From positions 62,001 through 126,000 of the forward strand of contig CDRNVI010000153.1 of assembly GCA_977017575.1 (NCBI GenBank): a stretch of 64,000 bases of DNA, given 5' to 3'. The stretch comes from Paramoeba atlantica. Taxonomy: Eukaryota > Protista > Discosea. Under the pieces are notes generated by a model. It was not told the origin of the DNA. It searched no databases and saw nothing but the letters and a program-made list of their open reading frames with translations. The position numbers were made by a program, and so were the translations under genes. Positions 10,983 to 23,437 of this stretch are shown here, in pieces. Position 1 is the stretch's first letter, and each line of letters starts with the position of its first letter.

Positions 10983-11957
10983 CAAATCCGCCCAACAGCA
11001 GGAGAAAAAGACGAGTTCTTTTCCAAAACCAAACTTTCAAATAACAGCCCACCTGTTTGGAAACAAAGGTTGGCCGCCCGGGGAGCTCTCTGGCCAAAAC
11101 AGAGGGTCCAATTTGACGAAAACAATAATGGTGACACCAAATTCTTCGAAATTTATCCTTTAAATGGAGACCCATTTAAAGAAGGGTCTCTCCAACACTT
11201 CAAATAGTGTCGACAATGTTGCGAAACGGAAAACCATTTCTCGTTTTCCGGGAAAGAAAAAAAAAGACATCGAAATTCTATTTCGAACAACTTTTGACTC
11301 AAAAAAAATTCGGAACAAAGGGGCCCAATTTTGAAAAGCCAAAAAAGATTTTTCCAAGAATTTTCTTTTCGACAAAGACAAAGAAAGAAAAATATCAAAA
11401 AGAAAAAAGAAGGGAAACAAAGAAGAAAAAGAAGAAAAAGAAGAAAAAGAAACCTTCCGCTCGTCTGAAAAGATTTTCTCTTGTCTTTTTTTTCCCTTTC
11501 TTTTTCCCTTTTCTCTTTCCTTTTCTTTTTCCTTTTCCTTTTCCTTCTCCTTCTCATTTTCCTTTTCTTTTTCCTTCTCTTTATCTTTCATTCTCCCCAT
11601 CACCATCCTTCTCTTTCTCCTTCTCCCTCTCACCAGCCCCCTTATCAAACAAAGAAGTCACAAAAATAGGATTTTTTTTCTCTTACACTTTTACCCGCTT
11701 TTTAACCTTTATCCCCAAGAAAAATGGAGGAGGGATTGATATTTTTTTGGCAGAGACATTGACATTCCTTTCCTTTTTTCCATTCAAATAAAATGAAACA
11801 AAGCAAAAAAAAGTCTTTTGGCAGACAAAAATAGGTTCAAAAAATCAAGAGCTCTAAAATTAGAACGCTTTCTTTCAATTCTTTTTCTCTCTTTCATTCT
11901 CTCCCTCATTCAATTTGCCCTTGAAACTTTGCAAAAAAGAAAAAGAAGAAAAAGAAA

Positions 11958-12778
11958 ATGGGGAATAGTCTCCAAAAAGAAAGACCAAAAAGGAGGGTTG
12001 TGGAGATTGCATTCCAAGGTCCTCGTGGAGTTGGTAAGAGTTTCCTCCTTCTTCGTTATGTCCAAGTTTTGTTTTCTTTTTCTTTTTTTTTTCTAATATT
12101 TATTTATTATATTTATTATTTTGAAGGATTAATTTCTTTTTCTTAGAACGTTTTTGTTGTGGGATATGTTCCGCCAATTGAGGAGTAGTTTGAATTTTCT
12201 TCTCTTCTCTTTGATTTTCTTCTCTTTCTCTTTTTTCATCCTCAAGTCACAGTTACCAAAAACGAATCATTTTGTTGGCTGATGAAAAACCAGTTTTCTT
12301 TGACATGCCTGGTTTTCATTCTCTTTCTTATTTTAATCATTCATTTCAAAAAAATTAGTTTTTTAAAAGAGATATATCTTTTTTTTCAGATAGAGCAGGA
12401 GGAGAACAATTTATCTCAATGAGAGATCTGTCCATCCGAGATGCAAGAGGGCTCTTCTTTGTGTATTCAATCAATTCCTCAGAATCTTTTGACGAGATTG
12501 AAACCTTCATTCAGAGGGCGGAAAGAGTGAAAGAGCGTTCAATTGAAGGAATTGGAGTTTTGATTGGAAACAAAGTTGATCTTGAAGAAGATCGACAAGT
12601 CCCAAAATATAAAGGAGAGGAATTGGCCACACGATATCAAATCCCTTTCTTTGAAACAAGTGCAAAGACAGGAGAGAATGTTGAAGAGATATTTCAAGCT
12701 CTTGGATCATTGGTTATTTATGGAGACCCTTTTTACCAATCTGGAGGGTGTAAAAATATTAAGTCAGCAAAGAGATGA
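11958..12778 (+). CDS. Ras-like small GTPase, array copy 1 (4 exons; GPRGVGKS / YVPPIEEY / DRAGG / NKVD / ETSAK)
   Basis: Three GT-AG introns at positions conserved across the array; spliced protein aligns with the Ras G1-G5 motifs. Confidence 0.85.
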
Positions 12779-13307
12779 CAAATTGATTGTTTGTTTCAAA
12801 AATGTTACAAACCCTGTTCTGTTGCTTTCTGTTCAATTTGATGCCATCTTGTTGCTCCACTCCTCCGATTGATCACACCGCTCTTTCTCTCTTGCATTCC
12901 CACTCCTCTGTTTTTCCCTCATTGTTTTATTTTCCCTTTTCCTGTTTTTCCTGATGTTTATTTTATCCTGTCCGATTTGATTTTGTCCCTGTTTCCCGAT
13001 ACTAAAACGCATTCAACCTTTGAAAGAGAGAGAGAGATTATTTTCGAAGAATGATATTATTTTAAATTGAGATTCAATAATTCTTATTCTGATTTCAAAT
13101 AATTCAAAAATTCAATTCCCAAAACTCAAAACTCAAAAATGCAACAAAAATATGGTTCAAAAATCAAGAGCTCTAAAATTGAGGACTCTTTCTTTCTGTT
13201 TCTCTTTCGTTTCTCTCCTATCTTTCTCTTTCGTTTCTCTCTTTCATTTCCCTAAAATTGCAGTCTTGAAATTCAACTCTCCAAAAAAAGAAAAAGAAGA
13301 AAAGAAA

Positions 13308-14155
13308 ATGGGGAATGGTCTCCAAAAAGAAAGATCAAAAAAGAGGGCTGGAAAAGAAAGATCATCATCCCTGCGGATTGCATTCCAAGGTCCTGGTGGA
13401 GTTGGTAAGAGTTCCCTTGTTTGTCGTTATGTCCAAGTTTTGTTTTTCTTTTTCTGCTTTTTCTTTTTCTTTGAAAGTATTTTGAAGGATTACTTACTTT
13501 TTCTTTTTCTCAGGGTCTTTTTGTGGAGGAATATGATCCTTTAATTGATGACTAGTTTGAATTTTTTTCTTCTCTTTAATCTTCTCTTTCTCTTTTTTCA
13601 CCCTCCAGTTCATCAATCACAGTTTCCGAAAACAAATCATTTTGTTAGCTGATGAACAACCACTTCTCTTTGAAATAATTGGTTTTCATTCTCTCTTTCT
13701 TATTTTAATCATTCATTTCAAAAAAATAGTTTTTTAAAAGAGATATATCTTCTATTTTTTCAGATACAGCAGGACAAGAAGAATTTATCTCAATGAGAGA
13801 TCAGATCATCCGATATGCAAGAGGATTCTTCTTTGTATATTCAATCACTTCCCCAGAATCTTTTGATGAGATTGAGACCTTCATTCAGAGGGTGGAAAGA
13901 GTGAAAGATCGTTCAATTGAAGGAATTGGAGTTTTGATTGGAAACAAAGTTGATCTTGAAGAAGAACATCGACAAGTCTCAAAAGAGAAAGGAGAGGAAT
14001 TGGCCAAACGTTATGGAATCCCTTTCTTTGAAACAAGTGCAAAGACAGGAGAGAATGTTGAAGAGATGTTTCAAGCTCTTGGATCATTGATTATTTATGG
14101 AGACCCTTTTTACCAATTTGGAGGGTGTAAAAATATTAAGGCAGCAAAGAGATGA
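13308..14155 (+). CDS. Ras-like small GTPase, copy 2 (GPGGVGKS / YDPLIDDY / DTAGQ)
   Basis: Same 4-exon structure; in frame when spliced. Confidence 0.88.
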
Positions 14156-14544
14156 CAATTGATTGTTTGTTTCAAAAAAAACAAAACTAGAAAAAGTCTC
14201 TGACCAGAAAAATGAGAGAAGTTTGTAATTTTTTTTTGGGATGGATTCAAAAATCTTTGCCATTTTTTCAACCTTTGAAAGAGAGAGATTATTTTCGAAG
14301 AATGATATTATTTTAAATTGAGATTCAATAATTCTTATTAATAATTCAAAAATTCCCAAAACTCAAAACTAAAATTGGTTCAAAAATCAAGAGCTCTAAA
14401 ATTGAGAACTCTTTCTTTCTCTCTGTTTCTCTTTCGTTTTTTTTTCTCTCTCTCTCTTTCGTTTCTCTCTTTCGTTCTCTCCCTCATTACCCTAAAATTG
14501 CAGTCTTGAAAATTCATTCCAACTCAAAAAAAGGAAGAAAGAAA

Positions 14545-15385
14545 ATGGGGAATGGTCTTCGAAAAGAAAGATCAAAAAAGAGGGATGGAAAAGAAGAAGG
14601 AAGACCATCACACCTGAAGATTGCATTCCAAGGTCCTGGTGGAGTTGGTAAGAGTTCCCTCCTTATTCGTTATGTCCAAGTTTTGTTTTCTTTTTCTTTT
14701 CTTTTTTCTTTTTTTTTTTTGAAAATATTTTTTCTTTTTCTTAGAACCTTTTTCTGGAGGAGGAATATGATCCAACAATTGATGACTAGTTTGAATTTTC
14801 TTCTTCTTCTCTTTGATCTTCTCTTTTTTTTCATCCTCAAGTTCATCAATCACAGTTACCGAAAACAAATCATTTTGTCAGCTGATGAACAACCACTTCT
14901 ATTTGACATAATTGGTTTTCATTCTCTCTTTATTTTAATCATTCATTTCAAAATATTAGTTTTTTAAAAGAGATATATCTTCTATTTTTTCAGATACAGC
15001 AGGACAAGAAGAATTTATCTCAATGAGAGATCAGATCATTCTAGATGCAAAAGGATTCTTCTTTGTGTATTCAATCACTTCCCCAGAATCTTTTGATGAG
15101 ATTGAAACCTTCATTCAGAGGGTGGAAAGAGTGAAAGATCGTTCAATTGAAGGAATTGGAGTTTTGATTGGAAACAAAGTTGATCTTGAAGAAGAACATC
15201 GACAAGTCTCAAAAGATAAAGGAGAGGAATTGGCCAAACGTTATGGAATCCCTTTCTTTGAAACAAGTGCAAAGACAGGAGAGAATGTTGAAGAGATGTT
15301 TCAAGCTCTTGGATCATTGATTATTTATGGAGAATCTTTTTATCAATTTGGAGGGTGTAAAAATATTAAGGCAGCAAAGAGATGA
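14545..15385 (+). CDS. Ras-like small GTPase, copy 3 (most canonical: GPGGVGKS / YDPTIDDYYRKQ / DTAGQEEF)
   Basis: All Ras catalytic and switch residues are retained after splicing. Confidence 0.9.
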
Positions 15386-15584
15386 CAATTGTGATTGTTT
15401 GTTTCAAAAAAAACATGACAAAAAAGGAACAAAATATTTCCTCCCCAACAAAGAGACAATTCAAAAATCAAGAGCTCTAAAAATTGAGAAACTCTTTCAT
15501 TTCTCTCTTTTGTTCTCTCGCTCATTGTCCTAAAATTGCAGTCTTGAAATTCATTCCAACTCTCAAAAAAAAGGAAGAAAGAAA

Positions 15585-16451
15585 ATGGGGAATGGTCTTC
15601 GAAAAGAAAGATCAAAAAAGAGGGATGGAAAAGAAGAAGAAAGATTTTCTCGACCATCACAGATGAAGGTTGAAATGGAAGGTCCTGGTGGAGTTGGTAA
15701 GAGTTCCCTCAGTATTCGCTATGTCCAAGTTTTGTTTTCTTTTTCTTCTGTTTTTTCTTTTTTTTATTTTTTATTTTTATTTTTGAAGGATTTTTTTTCT
15801 TTTTCTTTTTCTTTTTCTCAGGGTAATTTTGTGGAGTATTATGATCCAACAATTGATGACTCGTTTGAATTTTCTTCTCTTCTCTTTGATTTTCTTCTCT
15901 TTCTCTTTTTTCATCCTCAAGTTCACCAATCACAGTTACCGAAAACAGATCATTTTGTTGGCTGATGAACAACCAATTTTCTTTGACATAATTGGTTTTC
16001 ATTCTCTCTTTTTGCTCATTCATTTCCAAAAAAAATGTTTTTTAAAAAGAGAGATTCTATTTTTTCAGATGAACCAGGACAAGAAGAATTTATCTCATTG
16101 AAAGAGCAGTTCATTCGAGATGCAAGATGTTTCTTCTTTGTATATTCAATCGCTGCCCTACAATCTTTTGATGAGATTGAAACCTTCATTCAGAGGGTGG
16201 AAAGAATGAAAGATCGTTCAATTGAAGGAATTGGAATTTTGATTGGAAACAAAGTTGATCTTGAAGAACATCGACAAGTCCCAAAATATAAAGGAGAGGA
16301 ATTGGCCACACGATATCAAATCCCTTTCTTTGAAACAAGTGCAAAGACAGGAGAGAATGTTGAAGAGATGTTTCAAGCTCTTGGATCATTGATTATTTAT
16401 GGAGAACCTTTTTATCAATCCTGTAAAAATATTAAGTCAGCAAAGAGATGA
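15585..16451 (+). CDS. Ras-like small GTPase, copy 4 (GPGGVGKS / YDPTIDDSYRKQ / DEPGQ)
   Basis: Same 4-exon structure; in frame. Confidence 0.88.
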
Positions 16452-16574
16452 TGACCAATTTGAATTGCTTGTTTCAAAAACAAACAAGATTGAACACAAA
16501 AGTCTCTGGCCAGAAAAAGAGAGAGAAGAGATTATTTTCGAAGAAAGTAAATTTTCTTAAAGAAGCGAAGAAAT

Positions 16575-16625
<51 letters not shown>

Positions 16626-16941
16626 AGAATCAATCTCTTCATCAGATTTTCTCTTCCTCTCTGTCTTGATTTCATCAATCTCTCAAAAACCCCAAAAAAA
16701 ACATCTTCTTTTTCAACTCCACTCTCTCTCTCTCTTCTTAAAATCCCTTGAAACAAATGGAATCAAAATGAAAAAGAAGAACAACCCCAGAGACAAAAAA
16801 AAAATAGCTGAAAAATCAAGAGCTCTTAAAAATTGCGAAGAGAGCGTTCTCTCTTTCTCTCGTTTCTTTCTCTCTCAAAAACTAAAATTACAATCTTGAA
16901 AAATTCATTCCAACACTCCAAAAAAAGAAGAAGAAAAGAAA

Positions 16942-17843
16942 ATGGGGAATGGTCTCCTAAAAGAAAGACCAAAAAAGAGGGTTGTGGAAGAAAGAAGACC
17001 AAAAAAAGAAGAAGAAGAAGAAAGATTCTTTCGACCATCACAGATGGAGATTGCATTGGATGGTTTTGGTGCAGTTGGGAAGAGTTCTCTTATTATTCGC
17101 TTTGTCCTTGTTTTGTTTTTCTTTTTCTTTTTTTCTTTTTCTTTTTTCTTTTTCTTTTTTTTGAAAAGGATTTTGAAAGAATGATTTTTCTTTTTCAGAA
17201 TTGTGATTTAGTGGAGTTAGATAATTCAATAAGAGACGATTCGTTTGAATTTTCTTCTCTTTGATTTTCTCTTTCTCTTTTTTTCAACCTCAAGTTCATC
17301 ACAGTTTCCGAAAACAAATCTTTTTGTCAGCTGATGAAAAACCACTTCAATTTGAGATACCTGGTTTTTCATTTTTCTCTTTCTTCTCAATCATTCATTT
17401 CCAAAAAAAAATAGTTTTTTTAAAAAGAGATTTATTCTATTTTTTTTTCAGATCTAAGAAAACATGAATGTCCTCTCAAAGAGAGGATGCGGAAAGATTA
17501 TTTGGTTCGAGATGCAAGAGGGTTCTTCTTTGTGTATTCAATCACTTCCCCAGAATCTTTTCGTGCGATTGAGCCCCTCATTCAGTGGGCGGAAAGAGTG
17601 AAAGATTGTTCAATTGAAGGAATTGGAGTTTTGATTGGAAACAAAGTTGATCTTGAAGAAGATCGACAAGTCCCAAAAGATCAAGGAGAAGAATTGGCCA
17701 AACGTTATGGAATCCCTTTCTTTGAAACAAGTGCAAAGACAGGAGAGAATGTTGAAGAAATGTTTCAAGCTCTTGGATCATTGGTTATTTATGGAGAACC
17801 TATTTACCCATCCAGTAAAAATATTAAGTCAGCAAAGAGATGA
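16942..17843 (+). CDS. Ras-like small GTPase, copy 5 (GFGAVGKS / DNSIRDDS / DLRKH; G3 glycine lost)
   Basis: In frame when spliced at homologous sites; G4/G5 intact. Confidence 0.8.
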
Positions 17844-18084
17844 CTGACAATTGTGATTGTTTGTTTCAAAAAAAACAAAAAAACATGACAAAAAAGAAAC
17901 AAAAGATTATCCTCCCCACAACAAACAATTCAAAAATCAAGAGCTCTAAAAATTGAGAAACTCTGCTGTTCTTTTTCGTTTCTCTCTCTCTTTCTCTTTC
18001 GCTTCTCTCTCGTTTTTCCCTTTTTGAGAACGCAAGTAGTAACAACAAACAGTGAAATTGTTTGCAATCCCCCAAGAAAAGAAA

Positions 18085-18916
18085 ATGGGGAATGGTCTCC
18101 GAAAAGAAAGAAGATCAAAAAAGAGGGTTGTGGAGATTGCATTCCAAGGTCCTCGTGGAGTTGGTAAGAGTGCCCTCGGTATTCGTTTTGCCCAAGTTTT
18201 ATCTTCTTTTTCTTTTTCTTTTTCTTTTTCTTTTTCTTTTGAAAATATTTTTGAAGGATTGTTTTCTTTTCTTTTTCTTAGAACCATTTTGTGAAGGGAT
18301 ATGATCCATCAATTGATGACTAGTTTGAATTTTCTTCTCTTTGATCTTCTCTTTCTCTTTTTTCATCCTCGAGTCACAGTCACCTAAAACGAGTCATTTT
18401 GTTGGCTGATGAACAACCACTTTTCTTTGAAATACCTGTTTTTTTTTCTCTCTTTCTTATTTTAATCATTCATTTCAAAAAATTAGTTTTTTAAAAGAGA
18501 TTTATTCTCTTTTCTCAGATCCAAGAGAAGGACAATCTCTTGTCTTAGAGAGGATGCTGAGAGATGAGATCATTTTAGGTGCAAAAGGATTCTTCTTTGT
18601 GTATTCAATCACTTCCCCAGAATCTTTTGATGAGATTGAAACCTTCATTCAGAGGGTGGAAAGAGTGAAAGATTGTTCAATTGAAGGAATTGGAATTTTG
18701 ATTGGAAACAAAGTTGATCTTGAAAAAGATCGACAAGTCTCAAAATATAAGGGAGAGGAATTGGCCAAACGTTATCAGATTCCTTTCTTTGAAACAAGTG
18801 CAAAGACAGGAGAGAATGTTGAAGAAATCTTTCAAACTCTTGGATCATTGATTATTTATGGAGACCCTTTTTACCAATTTGATGGGTGTAAAAATATTAA
18901 GGCAGCAAAGAGATGA
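18085..18916 (+). pseudogene. Ras-like small GTPase, copy 6 (GPRGVGKS / YDPSIDDY / DPREG); intron-3 donor mutated, probably frameshifted
   Basis: Other copies read xxxG|GTTTTC; this copy reads CCTGTTTTTTTTTC at ~18435-18448. The only GT is one base upstream, and using it puts exon 4 out of frame with an early TAG. Confidence 0.6.
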
Positions 18917-19232
18917 CAATTGTGATTGTTTTGTTTCAAAAAAAAACAAAACAACTGACAAAAAAGAAACAAAATATTTCCTCCCCACAACAAACAAAAA
19001 ATATCCAAATGATCCAAAGAGACAATTCAAAAATCAAGAGCTCTAAAATCGAGGAACTCTTTCTTTTTCGAAAATTTCTGACTCGTTTCGATTGTTTGTT
19101 TTTTGTGGTTCTATCGTTTCTCTCTCGCTTCTCTCGTTTCTCTCTCGTTTCTCTCTCTCTCATTGTAAAAAACTAAAATTACAATCTTGAAAATTCATTC
19201 CACCCCTCCAAAACGAAAAAGAAGAAAAGAAA

Positions 19233-20108
19233 ATGGGGAATGGTCTCCGAAAAGAAGGAAGACCAGAAAAGAGGGTCGAAGAAGAGTTCTTTCGACCATC
19301 AGAGATGGATATTGCATTGCAAGGTTCTGATAGGGTTGGGAAGAGTGCCCTCATTGTTCGCTTTGTCCTAGTTTTGTTTTCTTTTTCTGTTTTTTTTTTT
19401 CTTTTTTTTTTTGAAAATATTTTTTGAAGGATCTTTTTCTTTTTCTTTTTTATTCAGAATTATTATTATTTAGTGGATAAAGTAAAGCTTGACGAAAAGT
19501 TTGAATTTTGTTCTTCTCTTTGATCTTTTTCTCTCTTTCTCTTTTTTCATCCTCACGTTCATCAATCACAGATACCGAAAACAAATCACTTTGTTGGCTG
19601 ATGACCAACCACTTCAATTTGAGATACCAGGTTTTCATTCTCTTTCTTTCTTCTTAATCATTCATTTCCAAAAAATTATTTTTTTTTTAAAAGGGAGATT
19701 TATTCTCTTTTTTCAGATCCAAGAGAAGGAGAATCTCCTCTCTCAGCGATGATGCGGAGAGAAGAGAACATTCAAGATGCAAGAGGGCTCTTCTTTGTGT
19801 ATTCAATCACTTCCTCAGCATCTTTTCATGAGATTGAGCCCTTCATTCAGAGGGTGGAAAAAATGAAAGATTGTCCAATTGAAAAAATGGGAGTTTTAAT
19901 TGGAAACAAAGCTGATCTTGAAGAACATCGACAAGTCCCAAGAGAGAAAGGAGAGGAATTGGCCAAACGTTATGGGATCCCTTTCTTTGAAACAAGTGCA
20001 AAGACAGGAGAGAATGTTGAAGAGATGTTTCAAGCTCTTGGATCATTGGTTATTTATGGAGAACCTATTTACCAATCCTGTAAAAATATTAAGTCAGCAA
20101 AGAGATGA
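19233..20108 (+). CDS. Ras-like small GTPase, copy 7 (GSDRVGKS / DKVKLDEK / DPREG / NKAD)
   Basis: In frame when spliced at homologous sites. Confidence 0.8.
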
Positions 20109-20423
20109 CTGACAATTGATTATTTGTTTTTTTATTGGATCGTGGGTTCAAAAATCTTTGCCATTTTCAAATCGATGTTTCTCAGAACCCTTTCATGAAA
20201 GAAGGTTTTTTTTTTGAAGAGTGTTTTTATTTAAATTAAACTTCAATAATAATTATTATTCCGATTTGAAAAAATTCAACGTTCTGATGCCCATCAAAAT
20301 GAGAATTCTCCCCTTGAAAAAATCAACACAAAAAGACCATTTTTGACCAATTTTTTGTCAAACTTTCCGGTTTCTCTCTTTCTTTTTCGTTTCTCTCTTC
20401 TCGCTCATTGGCCCAAAATTACG

Positions 20424-20642
20424 CTGTGTTAAATATTTGGTGACCAAAAACCATTTTCGGTGAATCCTTTTCTTTGTTCTTGCGAAATTAATCTCATTCT
20501 TTCTTTTCCCGAATTTCATTTCCCTTTATTCCCTTTTCCTTTGTTGTAGAGTACTTTTGGAGCCCTGTCTTCAGCCATTCCCACGTTTTCCTAGAGAAGG
20601 CTAGTTCTTCATTGTTCGTGCCATCCTGTGAATTTTACACAG
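20424..20642. mobile_element. ~220-bp insertion in the upstream region of copy 8 with imperfect terminal inverted repeats (MITE-like or captured fragment)
   Basis: It interrupts the conserved AAAATT(A/G)CAGTCTT motif. Ends are CTGTGTTAAAT…ATTTTACACAG (10/11 inverted match, partly overlapping native bases). No clear TSD. Confidence 0.4.
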
Positions 20643-20690
20643 TCTTGAAATCCATTCCAACTCTCCAAAAAAAAAAGAAAGAAGAAGAAA

Positions 20691-21532
20691 ATGGGGAATG
20701 GCCTTCAAAAAGAAAGAAAAAAAAAGAGGGTTGGGGAAGAAGAAAGACCATTAATTTACCTGAATATTACATTCCAAGGTCCTGGTGGAGTTGGGAAGAG
20801 TTCCCTTGCTCTTCGCTATTTCCAAGTTTTGTTTTCTTTTTCTTTTTCTTTTTGAAAATATTTTTGAAGGATTATTTTCTTTTTCTTTTTCTCTTCAGAA
20901 TCTTTTCGTGGATCAGTATGATCCAACAACTGATAACTAGTTTGAATTTTCTTGTTCTCTTTGATCTTCTCTTTCTCTTCTTTCATCCTCAAGTTCATTA
21001 ATCAAAGTTTCCGAAAACACACCATTTTGTTGGCTGATGAAAAACTAATTTTCTTTGAAATACTTGGTTTTCATTCTCTCTTTCTTATTGTAATCATTCA
21101 TTTCAAAAAAAATTAGTTTTTTAAAAGAGAGATTCTATTTTTTCAGATAAAGCAGGAGGAGAAAAATTTATGGCATCGAGAGATCGGAACATTCAAAACG
21201 CAAGAGGATTCTTCTTTTTTTATTCAATCACTTCCTCACAATCTTTTGATGAGATTGAAACCTTCATTCAGAGGATGGAAAGAGTGAAAGATCGTTCAAT
21301 TGAAGGAATTGGAGTTTTGATTGGAAACAAAGTTGATCTTGAAGAAGAACATCGACAAGTCCCAAAATATAAGGGAGAGGAATTGGCCAAACATTATGGA
21401 ATCCCTTTCTTTGAAACAAGTGCAAAGACAGGAGAGAATGTTGAAGAGATGTTTCAAGCTCTTGGATCATTGGTTCTTTATGGAGAACCTTTTTATCGAT
21501 CCGGTAAAAATATTAAGTCAGCAAAGATATGA
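20691..21532 (+). CDS. Ras-like small GTPase, copy 8 (GPGGVGKS / YDPTTDNY / DKAGG; ends KNIKSAKI)
   Basis: In frame from the ATG at 20691; intron-2 acceptor is AAG. Confidence 0.82.
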
Positions 21533-21885
21533 CAATTGTGATTGTTTGTTTCAAAAAAAACAAAAAAACATGACAAAAAAGTTGTTTCAATCTGCCTTTG
21601 CCAATTTTTTTCAATCTTTGAAAGAAGAGATTATTTTCAAAGAATGATATTATTTTAAATTGAGATTCAATAATTCTTATGAATAATTCAAAAACTCAAA
21701 ACTCAAAAATGCAACAAAAATATGGTTCAAAAATCAAGAGCTCTAAAATTGAGAACTCTTTCTTTCTGTTTCTCTTTCGTTTTTTTCTCTCTCTCTTTCT
21801 CTTTCGTTTCTCTCTTTCATTCTCTCGCTCATTGCCCTAAAATTACAGTCTTAAAAATTCAATCCAAAAAAACAGAAGAAAGAAA

Positions 21886-22792
21886 ATGGGGAATGGTCTT
21901 CGAAAAGAAAGAAGATCAAAAAAGAGGGTTGGAGAAGAAGAAGAAGAAGAAGAAAGATTCTCTCGACCATCACAGCTGAAGATTGGAATGGAAGGTTCTT
22001 ATAAAGTTGGTAAGACCGCCCTCATTTCTCGCTTTGGCTCAGTTTTGTTTTTTCTTTTTCTTCTGTTTTTTCTTTCTCTTTTTCTTTTCAAATATTTATT
22101 GAAGGATTATTTTCATTTTTCTTTTTTCTTTTCCTTTTCTCAGGGTTATTTTGTGGAGGAATCTGATCTATCAGTTCAGGACAGGTTTGAATTTTCTTCT
22201 TCTCCTCTTTGATCTTCTCTTTCTCTTTTTTCATCCTCAAGTTCATCAATCACAGTAACAAATTCCAAATCATTTTGTTGGCTGATGAACAGCCAATTGA
22301 ATATGATCTAATTGGTTTTCATTTTCTCTTTCTTATTTTAATCATTCATTTCAAAAAATTAGTTTTTTAAAAGAGATTTATTCTCTTTTCTCAGATCCAA
22401 GAGAAGGAGAATCTCTTGTCTTTGAGATGATTCTGAGAGATGAGATCATTCTAGATACAAGATGTTTCTTCTTTGTGTATTCAATCACTTCCTCACAATC
22501 TTTTGATGAGATTGAAACCTTCATTCAGAGGGTGGAAAGAGTGAAAGATCGTTCAATTGAAGGAATTGGAGTTTTGATTGGAAACAAAGTTGATCTTGAA
22601 GCAGATCGACAAGTCTCAAAATATAAAGGAGAGGAATTGGCCAAACGTTATCAGATCCCTTTCTTTGAAACAAGTGCAAAGACAGGAGAGAATGTTGAAG
22701 AGATGTTTCAAACTCTTGGATCATTGATTATTTATGGAGAACCTTTTTACCAATCTGGAGGGTGTAAAAATATTAAGGCAGCAAAGAGATGA
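21886..22792 (+). CDS. Ras-like small GTPase, copy 9 (GSYKVGKT / SDLSVQDS / DPREG)
   Basis: In frame when spliced at homologous sites. Confidence 0.8.
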
Positions 22793-23437
22793 CTGACAAT
22801 TGATTGTTCAAAAAAAACCAACTGACTAAAAAGAAACAAAATGCTCCCACAACAAACTCCCCTAAACCATCCTCAACTTTTTCTCCAACAAAAAACCCTC
22901 CTTCAAAAACTGTAAACCCTCGATTTCTTCAGGTATCAAATCTCTTCCTCCTTTCTCTCTCTCTCAGAAAAACCTTCCTCTTACAAGCTCCTTCTTCTTC
23001 TTCTTCTTCCCCACTCTCCCACATCTTTCTTCAAATGACAAAAGGAAAATAGAACAGTTCTCGATCCTTGTCGAGCCTTCTTCCATTTCATTTCTTCTAT
23101 TCCATTTCTTCCATTCCATTTCTTCCATTCCAAGAATATCTCAGGTGTCTTTCAACAGATGATGCCACAGATTTTGTTTCTTTCTCTCTCTCTTTTCTTA
23201 AAACCCCCTTGGAACAAATGGAATAAAATTATGAAAAACAAATGACAAAAATTGGTTTCAAAAATCAAGAGCTCTAAAAATTTTATTGCAAAGAGGGGTT
23301 CTCTCTTTTCTCTCGTTTCTCTCTCGTTTCTCTCTCATTGTAAAAACTAAAATTACTCTCTCTTTTCTCTCTCATTGTCCTAAAATTGCAGTCTTGAAAA
23401 TTCATTCCAACTCTCTAATAGAAAAGGAGAAAAGAAA

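Noticed and set aside
10990-11300. Possible additional 5' exons of the NRPS gene or a separate small ORF
   Set aside because: No recognisable domain and splice sites are ambiguous; left as uncertainty in the start position.
23080-23135. (TTCCA)-like repeat suggesting centromeric or telomeric satellite
   Set aside because: Only a few degenerate units; an ordinary microsatellite.
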